Position numbers and translations under genes: made by a program. From Phycisphaera mikurensis NBRC 102666 (GTDB lineage: Bacteria > Planctomycetota > Phycisphaerae > Phycisphaerales > Phycisphaeraceae): a stretch of 32,000 nt of DNA. Shown here piece after piece: positions 24,490-32,000 of the stretch. The first letter of the stretch is position 1; every line of letters begins with the position of its first letter. The notes beneath the pieces were generated by a model. It ran no database searches, was not told where the DNA came from, and saw only the letters and a program-made list of their open reading frames with translations. The DNA lies in assembly GCF_000284115.1 (NCBI RefSeq), contig NC_017080.1:1200001-1232000 (forward strand), given 5' to 3'.

Positions 24490-24748
24490 CCGCACCGGGG
24501 GGGGAAAAGGTGACAGCCACCGATTTCCCGGATCTGCCTCCGCCTCTTCTTCTGCCCATCCCTTGATGGAGCGAAGCGTCGCCCGCACGCCGGCCGACCC
24601 CCGCCCGCGGACCATCGAGCCCAGCGGCCGAAACCCGCGACGGTCCGCGGATCTGCGGGTCCGCGAGCGTTTTGAGGAACGGCGTTGAGTGGGTTCAAGC
24701 CAGAAAACGCTTCCAGGGCAGGAAGTCGCAGTTTCCACCATGGGTGGA

Positions 24749-25600
24749 TCAGCGTTTCGAAGGATCCGGCCAGACGCTCTCGTCCACCTCGGTGTATCCC
24801 AGCGGGTCCTCCCGTCGGCCGTTCATCAGGGCGAAGCCCAGCACGTGGACCGGCAGGTACTCCCGCACCTCCACCGGCCGGTCGCCGGGCGTCCACGTGG
24901 TGCTCCACGCGTTCGCCACGGTCGGGTCGATCTCGAAGTACAGCTCCAACTCCAGCCGCTCCCGGTTGACCTTCTGGGCTTCGCCGGCGGGCATCGGGAA
25001 GCTGAGCGTCGCCTTCCGCGAGCCGAGCACCCTTGGCATGCCCCGCATGGTCTTGCTGAACCAGTCGTTGGTCATGGCCAGCCCGACCGCATAGGCCACG
25101 ACAGGCCGCTTCTCGGTGCCACCCGCCGGACCCGGGACGGCCGCCGTCGGCTGCGGCAGGCGTCGGCCGTCCCACCGCTCGATGACGAACGCCGGCCCCT
25201 TCAGGTCCGACGGCTGGCCCGTCCCTCGGTCCACCGCCTGGATGGGGGCAGCGGGCAGCCGGCCGCCGAACGTCCCGTAGGTGACGTCCCATGCGCCCGC
25301 ATCCGCGTCGAACGACCGCTCCCCGAGGTCTTCCTCCGGCATGCGGACGCGGTAGACGACCCGCTCCTCGCCGAAAGCAGCCCGCGCGGCGTAAGCGTGC
25401 GTCGTCTCGAACTCGCCCTTGGGATTTACCACGCCCGCTTCGATGAGGTTCTGCAACTCCGTGCCACGCCGCAACTCCACCGCCTGCGGGGGCGTCGCAT
25501 CTTCCTGCGCCGCAAGCGACGGTGCTTCGAGGATCAGCGCAGCGACCAGCGCCGCTGCGACGAAGACGAGCAGTCTGGAAACGGAAGAGAGGTCGAACAT
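24749..25600 (-). CDS. Hypothetical secreted protein
   Basis: ATG at 25600. Signal peptide MFDLSSVSRLLVFVAAALVAALILEAPSLAAQ. Balanced, protein-like composition. No family recognised. Confidence 0.65.
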   Translation of the reverse strand: MFDLSSVSRLLVFVAAALVAALILEAPSLAAQEDATPPQAVELRRGTELQNLIEAGVVNPKGEFETTHAYAARAAFGEERVVYRVRMPEEDLGERSFDADAGAWDVTYGTFGGRLPAAPIQAVDRGTGQPSDLKGPAFVIERWDGRRLPQPTAAVPGPAGGTEKRPVVAYAVGLAMTNDWFSKTMRGMPRVLGSRKATLSFPMPAGEAQKVNRERLELELYFEIDPTVANAWSTTWTPGDRPVEVREYLPVHVLGFALMNGRREDPLGYTEVDESVWPDPSKR

Positions 25601-25856
25601 CGTTGGAAGGTAGAAGCTCTTCGTCGGCGCGCGAAGCGCCGTGCTAGCGGGAACGGCCCCGCCGCGGTGGACGCTCCGGCGGCGAGCGTCGGTGTGGCTC
25701 TTCGCGGACCGTGCGCGATATTCCGATCGCCTCTGCGGGCGAGTCGTGCTTCTCGCTTCGTCGGCTGCATCGCCCCGCAGGGGCAGGGCTGCTTCGCCTC
25801 CTCACGAGGAACAAGACGCGCGGACGCGGGCCGATCGGAAGATGGCACAAGATGCT

Positions 25857-27032
25857 CTAGTCACGCCCGACGCGCAGCGACGCCGCGGCGACGTGGCCGC
25901 CGAAGCCGGCGGCGAAGACGGCGTGCAGGCCGTCGGGCAGGTCGCGGGTCTCGGGGGAGAGGTCCAGGGGGGTGTCCAGCGGCTGCTCGATCCACGGCAT
26001 CGGCGGGCGGCGGTTGGCTCTCGCGCACAGCGCGGCGAGCACGAGGGAGCCGAGGCCGGCGGCGCCGAGGCCGTGGCCGATGGCGCCCTTGGCGGCGTAG
26101 ACGGCGGGCGCGTCTGCGGCGGCGGAGGCCAGCGCCGCCAGTTCCATCGGGTCGTGCGTGGGCGTCCCCGGGGCGTGCGGGTGCAGGCAGGCGACGCGTT
26201 CGGTCCGGATCACCTCCCCGGCGACGCGGCGCAGGGCGGGCATGCCGGGGGCGGGCCGGAGCAGGTCGAAGCCGTCGGCGGCGACGGCGGTGGCGACGAG
26301 CTCGATGCCGGGGCGGTCGTCGGCCGTCAGCACGACCGCGGCGGCGGACTCGGCGAGCACGAAGCCGCGGCGGGCGGCGGACAGCGGCCGGCCGGCGTAG
26401 TCGTCCAGCGGGGCGAGCACGCCGAGCCTCGCGTGGGCGTGGACGAACAGCGGGAGCAACGCGGCCTCGGCGGTGACGACCAGCGCGGCGTCGAGGCGGC
26501 CGGAGGCCACGCCGCGGGCGGCGGCGTCGAGCGCGACCAGCGAGGCGGCGCAGGCCGCGACGCGGTGGTCGGCGACGGCCACGCCCAGCCGCCGGGCCAG
26601 CCCGCGGGCGAAGAGCGCGTGCGGGCCCATCGCCACCGCCTCGGCGTCGGGCCCGCGGACCGGCGGCGCGTCGGGCCCGCCGAGCAGGCGGTCCGCGGCG
26701 GCGGCGTGGGCGGCGGCGGCGCCCTTGCTCGTGCCCAGGTAAACCGCCAGGCCTTTGGCCTCCACGCCCGCCTCGAGGCAGGCCTCGCGGGCGGCGGTCT
26801 CGGCGAGGTCGATCGCCGGATCCTCGCGGGCGAAGCGGGCGTTGGCGACGCCGCCGATCGCCAGCACGCGCGGCATCGGCTCGGTGTCGGGCTCGAGCTT
26901 CGCGAGCCGGTCGGCCAGCGTCCGGCCCGCGAGCAGGGCCGAGAAGTTCGGCCACGCCCCCGAGGCGAGCGGCGTGACGAGCCCGAGGCCGGCGAGGCGG
27001 ACGCGGCGCGGAAGGGGGGAGGCGTCGTTCAT
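25857..27032 (-). CDS. Beta-ketoacyl synthase (KAS I/II, FabB/FabF-like condensing enzyme)
   Basis: ATG at 27032 (MNDASPLPRRVRLAGLGLVTPL). Active-site Cys context HRVAACAASLVAL, first His in ACLHPHAPGTPTHD, second His in KGAIGHGLGAAG (Cys-His-His triad retained). About 391 aa. TAG at 25857-25859. Confidence 0.8.
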   Translation of the reverse strand: MNDASPLPRRVRLAGLGLVTPLASGAWPNFSALLAGRTLADRLAKLEPDTEPMPRVLAIGGVANARFAREDPAIDLAETAAREACLEAGVEAKGLAVYLGTSKGAAAAHAAAADRLLGGPDAPPVRGPDAEAVAMGPHALFARGLARRLGVAVADHRVAACAASLVALDAAARGVASGRLDAALVVTAEAALLPLFVHAHARLGVLAPLDDYAGRPLSAARRGFVLAESAAAVVLTADDRPGIELVATAVAADGFDLLRPAPGMPALRRVAGEVIRTERVACLHPHAPGTPTHDPMELAALASAAADAPAVYAAKGAIGHGLGAAGLGSLVLAALCARANRRPPMPWIEQPLDTPLDLSPETRDLPDGLHAVFAAGFGGHVAAASLRVGRD

Positions 27033-27171
27033 GGCGGATCCGCGGACCGTCGGCCCCGGCGGCTCGGAACCGCCGCGGTCCGCGGCCGGGGCATCATGCC
27101 ATCCGGTGGCCGGGTCGCGTAACCTCCCGGCCCCCGGGCCGCGGCCGAACGCCTCCCCGGGAGCCCGCTCC

Positions 27172-30100
27172 ATGACCGCGACGCAACGAACGATGACGCC
27201 GCCCACGGGAGCCGATCGGGCGGACGCCCCCGGGCGGATGCTCCGCCTGTACCGCTGGATGGCCCTGGCCAGGGCCGCCGAGAAGCGTCAGCGCGAGCTG
27301 GTCGCCGGCGGCGAGGCGCACTTCATGATGCCCTACCGCGGGCACGAGGGCGTGGCGGCGCTGCAGCTGTTCTTGGGCGAGGACGACTGGCTGCACGTCC
27401 ACTACCGCGACCAGGCCCTGCTGCTGGCCCGCGGCCTGCCGGTGTCGCGCGTCTTCGACTCGCTGCTCGCCAACGCCAACGACACGGCCGCGGGCGGGAT
27501 GATGGGCGGCTTCCACGCCGACGCGGGGCTGCACATCCTCCCGATGGTCGTGCCGACCGGCAACCACGCCCTCCAGGCGGTGGGCGTCGCGCAGGAGTTG
27601 CGGCGGTCCGGCCGGCCCGGGCCAGCGGGCCGTCCACCGCTGGTCGCGTGCGGCTTCGGCGACGGCACCGCCCAGCAGGGCGAGGTGCTCGAGGCCATTG
27701 CCGAGGCCGTCCGCGACCGCCTCCCGATGCTGTTCTACTGCTCCGACAACGGCTACGCGATCAGCACGCCCACCGGCGGGAAGACCTTCTTCGACCTGCC
27801 GAGAGGGTCCGCGTCGGAGTTCCTCGGCAGGAAGATCCACCGCTTCGACGCCCGCGACGTCGGCCCCGAGCTCGGCCGCCTCGGCGACACGATCGCGCAC
27901 GCCCGCACCGCCGACGGTCCGACGCTGATGGTGCTGCGCTGCGAGCGGCTGACCAACCACACCAACGCCGACGACCAGCGGACCTACCGCGAGGCCGAGG
28001 GCCTCGCCGCCAGCGAGCGTGACCACGACCCCGTGGTGAACCTGCGGCGGTGCCTGGCGGACGAGGTCGACGCCACCGAGCTGGACGCCATCGACGCCGA
28101 TGCCGAGGCGGCGGTGGACGAGGCCGCCGAGACCGCCCGCCGCGGCGCCGAGCCGGCCGGCGTCGCCGCCGTTTCCAAGCCCTTCCCCCCGAACCTCTCG
28201 ACCGGCGCCGAGCACCCCCCGGCCCAGCCGGGCGACGTGTTGATGATCGAGGCGATGCGGAGAGTGCTCGACGCCCGGCTCGCCGCCGACGGCCGCGTCG
28301 TGCTTCTCGGCGAGGACATCGCCGACCCCAAGGGCGACGTCTTCGGCGTGACGCGCGGGCTGTCCACCACCCACGGCGCCGACCGCGTCATCAACTCGGC
28401 CCTCAGCGAGTCGACCATCACCGGCACCGCCATCGGCCGCGCGATGGCCGGCGGCCGCCCGGTCGGCTTCGTCCAGTTCGCCGACTTCCTGCCCAACGGC
28501 CTCAACCAGATCCTCTCGGAGCTGGGCACGATCCGGTGGCGCAGCGGCGGGGCGTTCGAGTGCCCGGCGATCTTCATGGTCACCTGCGGCGGCTACAAGC
28601 CGGGCCTGGGACCCTTCCACGCCCAGACCTTCGAGGCCCTGCTCGCCGGCGTGCCCGGCGTGGACGTCTTCATGCCCTCGACCGCGGCCGACGCCGCGGG
28701 CCTGCTCAACGCCGCCTTCGAGAGCGGCCGGCCGACGGTCTTCCTCTACCCCAAGGCCTGCCTGAACGACCGCGGCAACGCCTGCGGGGGCGTGGTCGAG
28801 GAGCTGCTCGCCTCGCCGGGCACCGCCGCCCACCGCCGCCGCGGCGACGACCTCACGCTGGTCGCCTGGGGCAGCACCGCGTCGGTCGCCGAGGCCGTGG
28901 CCGACACGCTCGCCGAAGCGGGCCACGGGGTGGACCTGCTGGACCTCCGCACGATCACGCCGTGGGACCGCGCCGCCGTCGCGGCCTCGGCCGCCCGCAC
29001 CGGCCGCCTGCTCGTCGTGCATGAGGACAACCTGACCGCCGGCTTCGGCGGCGAGGTCGTCGCCGCGGTGTGCGAGGACGTGGACCGGCCGCTCTCGGTC
29101 AAGCGCGTCGCTCGGCCCGACGTGCCGGTTCCGCAGGCCTTCTCCGCCCAGCTGGAGGTGCTGCCCAGCTACCGCCGCGTGCTCGACGCCGCGGCGTCGC
29201 TGCTGGGCGTTGAGGCCGATTGGGCCGCGGCGACGAAAGCCGCCCCGGTCGTCGCCGGCGGTGAGTTCGTCGTCGAGGCCGAGGGCTCCAGCCCCGCCGA
29301 CGCCGCGGTGACCATCACGCAGTGGCTCGTCTCCGCGGGCGACCGCGTGAAGAAGGGCCAGAACATCGCCGACCTCGAGGCCGACAAGGCCGTCTTCGAG
29401 CTGGCCGCCCCCGCCGACGCCGAGGTCGCCGCGGTGCTGGTGGGCGAGGGCGAGGAGGTGCCGGTGGGCACGCCGATTCTGCGGCTCCGCCGGCTGGAGG
29501 AAGCGGGCGCCGCCGCCGCGGACGGCGACGGCTCCGGGCCCGTGAAGCGCACGGTCCGCGAGGACCGCACGCCGCCGAAGCTCTCGGCACCGGCTGCACC
29601 GCTCGCCGCGGACGCGGCGGCCGCAGCCGCTTCCGTCCGCGTCTACCTCTCGCCGATCCACACCGTCGAGGGCCGCAACCGGCTGGACAACTCCGACCTG
29701 GAGCGCCGCTTCCCCGGCCGCAGCGCCGAGGACATCGTCAAGCGGACCGGCATCGAGAGCCGGCCGATCGTCGGCCCCGGCCAGACGGCGCTTTCGATGG
29801 CCGTCGAGGCCGCCGCCGCCGCGCTCGCTGCCGAGGGGCTGGCGCTGGACGACCTCTCGGGCATCGTCTGCCACACCACCACGCCGCCCCTGAACACGCC
29901 GTCGATGGCGTGCATGGTGCTCAACGGCCTCGACGAGCAGCGGCGGGCCGCCGACCCCAAGCTCGCCCCCGCCGAGGCCGTCGTCTACGACGTCAACGCC
30001 GCGTGCTCGGGCTGGCTCTACGCCCTCGACGCCGCCTTCAACACCGTCCGCGACAACCCGCGGTCCGCCGTGCTGGTCGTCACCACCGAGGCGCTGTCCC

Positions 30101-30657
30101 GCGTCGTCGACCCCAGCGACTTCGACACCGCCATCCTCTTCGGCGACGCCGCGACCGCCACCGTCGTGCGCGGCTCGGCGGTCGCGGATGCCGCGGGGGG
30201 AGCCGCCGGCTTGCCCGCCGGCTCGCTGGTCCTCCACAAGCCCGTGCTCTCGGGCAAGGCCGACCCGGGCATGGTGCTCACCGTCGGCTTCGAGGGCGGC
30301 GGCCACGTGCAGATGGACGGCAAGCGCGTCTTCGTCGAGGGCGTGCGGGCGATGACCGAGATGGCCCAGCGGGCCTTCACCGCCGCCGGCCGCCCGCTCG
30401 AAGACGTCGACTGGCTCGTGCCCCACCAGGCCAACCGCCGCATCTTCGACGCCGTCGCCAAGAAGCTCAACGTGCCGGCCGAGAAGGTGATCGACCAGAT
30501 CGCCCACTGCGGCAACACCTCCTCCAGCAGCATCCCCCTCGCCATCGCCCGGGCCCTCCGCGATGGCAGCGCCACACTCGAGCCCGGCCAGACCGTTGGC
30601 GCCGTCGCCTTCGGCGGCGGCTTCACCTTCGGGGCGGCGATCCTCGAAGTGGTCTGA
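27172..30657 (+). CDS. Multidomain fusion: 2-oxoacid dehydrogenase E1 alpha (TPP-binding) + E1 beta + lipoyl-attachment domain + FabH-type 3-oxoacyl-ACP synthase III
   Basis: Uninterrupted frame of 1161 codons from ATG 27172. E1-alpha: MLRLYRWMALARAAE and TPP motif GDG...SDNGYAIS (nt 27658-27750). E1-beta from about 28237: LLGEDIADPKGDVFGVTRGL, SESTITGTAIGRAMAGGRP, PFHAQTFEAL. Lipoyl domain about 29260-29490 with DLEADKAVFEL (Lys codon 29386-29388). KAS III about 29635-30654 with NAACSGWLYAL (Cys 30004-30006), VPHQANRRI (His 30424-30426), CGNTSSSSIPLA (Asn 30514-30516). The start could alternatively be the MLRLYRW Met. Confidence 0.85.
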   Translation: MTATQRTMTPPTGADRADAPGRMLRLYRWMALARAAEKRQRELVAGGEAHFMMPYRGHEGVAALQLFLGEDDWLHVHYRDQALLLARGLPVSRVFDSLLANANDTAAGGMMGGFHADAGLHILPMVVPTGNHALQAVGVAQELRRSGRPGPAGRPPLVACGFGDGTAQQGEVLEAIAEAVRDRLPMLFYCSDNGYAISTPTGGKTFFDLPRGSASEFLGRKIHRFDARDVGPELGRLGDTIAHARTADGPTLMVLRCERLTNHTNADDQRTYREAEGLAASERDHDPVVNLRRCLADEVDATELDAIDADAEAAVDEAAETARRGAEPAGVAAVSKPFPPNLSTGAEHPPAQPGDVLMIEAMRRVLDARLAADGRVVLLGEDIADPKGDVFGVTRGLSTTHGADRVINSALSESTITGTAIGRAMAGGRPVGFVQFADFLPNGLNQILSELGTIRWRSGGAFECPAIFMVTCGGYKPGLGPFHAQTFEALLAGVPGVDVFMPSTAADAAGLLNAAFESGRPTVFLYPKACLNDRGNACGGVVEELLASPGTAAHRRRGDDLTLVAWGSTASVAEAVADTLAEAGHGVDLLDLRTITPWDRAAVAASAARTGRLLVVHEDNLTAGFGGEVVAAVCEDVDRPLSVKRVARPDVPVPQAFSAQLEVLPSYRRVLDAAASLLGVEADWAAATKAAPVVAGGEFVVEAEGSSPADAAVTITQWLVSAGDRVKKGQNIADLEADKAVFELAAPADAEVAAVLVGEGEEVPVGTPILRLRRLEEAGAAAADGDGSGPVKRTVREDRTPPKLSAPAAPLAADAAAAAASVRVYLSPIHTVEGRNRLDNSDLERRFPGRSAEDIVKRTGIESRPIVGPGQTALSMAVEAAAAALAAEGLALDDLSGIVCHTTTPPLNTPSMACMVLNGLDEQRRAADPKLAPAEAVVYDVNAACSGWLYALDAAFNTVRDNPRSAVLVVTTEALSRVVDPSDFDTAILFGDAATATVVRGSAVADAAGGAAGLPAGSLVLHKPVLSGKADPGMVLTVGFEGGGHVQMDGKRVFVEGVRAMTEMAQRAFTAAGRPLEDVDWLVPHQANRRIFDAVAKKLNVPAEKVIDQIAHCGNTSSSSIPLAIARALRDGSATLEPGQTVGAVAFGGGFTFGAAILEVV

Positions 30658-30792
30658 GCGTCATCACGAAGCAGATCACGGGGCTCAAGCTTTCTCCGTG
30701 TCATCGGGCTTGCCTGATGGGCCCGGCGTCCCCCAAGACAGATCGGGCGGGCCCGATGCCACGGCTTCCAGGATCCGTCCTCGGGGTGCGGG

Positions 30793-31434
30793 TCAACCGA
30801 GGGTTCCGCCTGGATCGTCGGACGCGGCGAGTTCGCAGAAGTGCGCCAACCGCGCCGGCAGGTCCTTGTCGCGGTGGAAGCGTCGAGTCCTGATCAGGCG
30901 GAGGAGGTTTTGGACCGTCTCCAGGTCGGAGGCCGTCGCCACGCGGATCAACATCAGGAGGTCGATGCGGTCCTGCAGCCGACGCTCGCTCTCGGAGAGC
31001 AGCTTCAACGCGATGAGGTGCGGGACGCTCGCCGTTGGCACCGCGAGGCCGGGGGCCACCCGCACCGGCGTCGCCGCGTCCACGCACTCCGCTTCGATCC
31101 CGCTGGAAGCGAAGAGGACGTCGACCATCGGCACCAGCCCTTCGTCCACCTGCCCGTCCCGCGGAGTCGGGGGCCGGAGGCGGAGGGTGCTCAAGCGATC
31201 CACCGCCGTCTGCTTCAGGCTGCCTCGGAGCGCGTAGCCGCCGCTGAGGAAGCACCGGGCGACGGCCTCCGCCTCCGCATCGTCGGCCACCGCGATCGCG
31301 AGGTCGACGTCTCGGGTGAAGCGGATGGCCGTTCGGTTCGCCACCGCGATCCCGCCCACCGGGCAGGAACACGCGTCCGCGAGCGTCAGCACCTCGATGG
31401 CGCGTCTCGCACCGGCGTGGAGGCTGGCTTCCAC
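30793..31434 (-). CDS. Pol-beta-superfamily nucleotidyltransferase-fold protein (AbiEii/DUF1814-like features; assignment tentative)
   Basis: hG[GS]-x(n)-DxD signature in CPVGGIAVANRTAIRFTRDVDLAIAV, further acidic MVDVLF, C-terminal HLIALKLLSESERRLQDRIDLLMLI. GTG start at 31434, or GTG at 31392 which overlaps the upstream ORF stop (GTGCTGA). Confidence 0.5.
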   Translation of the reverse strand: MEASLHAGARRAIEVLTLADACSCPVGGIAVANRTAIRFTRDVDLAIAVADDAEAEAVARCFLSGGYALRGSLKQTAVDRLSTLRLRPPTPRDGQVDEGLVPMVDVLFASSGIEAECVDAATPVRVAPGLAVPTASVPHLIALKLLSESERRLQDRIDLLMLIRVATASDLETVQNLLRLIRTRRFHRDKDLPARLAHFCELAASDDPGGTLG

Positions 31435-31646
31435 GAGGTGGGCCGGAGGAACGGATCACCGGTGTCCAGAGGACGCTCCATCTCCTCCCGGAGCAGCCGC
31501 GTCCGCTCCTGGGCCTCGATCCCGGGGTGCTCCCGATCGATCCGCTCTCTGAGCATCCAGATGCCCGCTTCGAAGGTCTCGAACACGGCGTGCATCCGTG
31601 CGGGGAGCTTCGCCGGGTCCTGATCCTGGAAGAGCGGCGGCTGCAC
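31386..31646 (-). CDS. Small hypothetical protein upstream of and overlapping the nucleotidyltransferase gene (possible cognate partner)
   Basis: GTG at 31646 or ATG at 31595 (MHAVFETFEAGIWMLRERIDREHPGIEAQERTRLLREEMERPLD). Charged helical composition. The stop at 31386 lies inside or abuts the downstream gene start. Confidence 0.35.
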   Translation of the reverse strand: MQPPLFQDQDPAKLPARMHAVFETFEAGIWMLRERIDREHPGIEAQERTRLLREEMERPLDTGDPFLRPTSWKPASTPVRDAPSRC

Positions 31647-31703
31647 GGAACGAGCGTACCCGGCGTTTCTCCCGCACCCCCGGCCGTGCTCTAGCTTGAA
31701 CGC

Positions 31704-32000
31704 ATGCCCGCCGCCAACACCTTCAGCTGCCCGTCCTGCGAGAAGACGTACCGGCTGAAGGAGGGCATGGCGGGGAAGAAGGTCGGCTGCAAGTGCGGCG
31801 AGCGGTTCCGCATCCCCGAGGCGGCCGCGGAGGATGAAGAGGGCGGGCCGCTGGAGCTCTCCGACGGCACGCCCGCCTGGCTGGCCGACGCGGCGCCGGC
31901 CGCGGCCGCCGCGGAGTGCTCGCGCTGCAACGCCCCGCTCAAGCCCAGCGCGGTGCTGTGCCTGAACTGCGGGACCGACCAGCGGACCGGCGCGGCCGCG
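31704..32000 (+). CDS. Zinc-ribbon protein, N-terminal part (runs off the window end)
   Basis: Hand translation from ATG 31704: MPAANTFSCPSCEKTYRLKEGMAGKKVGCKCGERFRIPEAAAEDEE...ECSRCNAPLKPSAVLCLNCGTDQRTGAAA. Two CxxC...CxC / CxxC...CxxC ribbons, open to nt 32000. Not in the ORF track because no stop is reached. Confidence 0.6.
   Translation, partial: MPAANTFSCPSCEKTYRLKEGMAGKKVGCKCGERFRIPEAAAEDEEGGPLELSDGTPAWLADAAPAAAAAECSRCNAPLKPSAVLCLNCGTDQRTGAAA

Noticed and set aside
20768-24688. 1306-aa plus-strand ORF and 1108-aa minus-strand ORF (21966..25292) overlapping the GH9-like gene
   Set aside because: These are typical high-GC shadow ORFs: extreme Arg/Gly/Pro/Ala content and no motifs. The 20699-24202 minus frame has a signal peptide and GH9 signatures.
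24490-24741. N-terminal part of ORF 24214..24741 as a genuine protein start
   Set aside because: This segment (MVETATSCPGSVFWLEPTQRRSSKRSRTRR...) has no resemblance to the TIM-barrel family of the C-terminal part and is too short to supply the missing domain. It is treated as non-coding sequence upstream of a gene remnant.
26755-27171. N-terminal extension of the fusion ORF, including ATG 27031 that overlaps the KAS start codon (ttCATGg) head-to-head
   Set aside because: The extension is antisense to the KAS coding region, is Ser/Arg/Ala-rich, and precedes the conserved E1-alpha N-terminus by over 100 residues. Starting at 27031 would leave no promoter space. ATG 27172 is preferred.
27094-30507. 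1137-aa minus-strand ORF antisense to the E1-lipoyl-KAS III fusion
   Set aside because: The translation is Gly/Arg/Asp/Val-rich with no recognisable domain. The plus frame carries four well-defined domain signatures.
31691-31942. 83-aa minus-strand ORF
   Set aside because: It is antisense to the better-supported zinc-ribbon ORF starting at 31704, and its translation is Ala/Ser-rich low complexity.

Overview
High-GC bacterial chromosomal window. Hand-counted 60-nt lines are about 78% G+C in housekeeping parts. The taxon cannot be fixed from sequence alone; the gene content loosely suggests a planctomycete-like organism. The window opens in the 3' part of glmS. Next comes an accessory segment (about 871-7063). 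It holds 8-bp-period GAAGCG repeats and a mosaic GC-rich repeat array carrying a 102-bp near-perfect copy of an internal glmS segment. It also holds two diverged, same-strand HUH/Y1 (IS200/RayT-like) transposase paralogs that bracket a visibly lower-GC two-gene cargo (about 52% G+C in sampled lines). After that: two signal-peptide proteins, yjbQ, and a minus-strand string (tmk, small Cys-rich ORF, xerD-like, rpoN, DUF4126-like zinc-ribbon membrane protein, membrane protein, queG) interrupted by more 8-bp-period repeat elements. Then a SAM methyltransferase and a carbohydrate cluster: YdjC/ChbG-like deacetylase, two Gfo/Idh/MocA oxidoreductases, a GH9-like hydrolase with CBM-like N-terminus, and a truncated sugar-phosphate isomerase remnant. 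A secreted hypothetical protein follows. The most unusual locus is a KAS I/II-like condensing enzyme divergent from one 1161-aa ORF that fuses 2-oxoacid dehydrogenase E1-alpha, E1-beta, a lipoyl domain and a FabH-type KAS III. The window ends with a Pol-beta-fold nucleotidyltransferase plus a small overlapping ORF, and a partial zinc-ribbon protein. I recognised no rRNA, tRNA or CRISPR array. Many long ORFs in the six-frame track are high-GC shadow frames.
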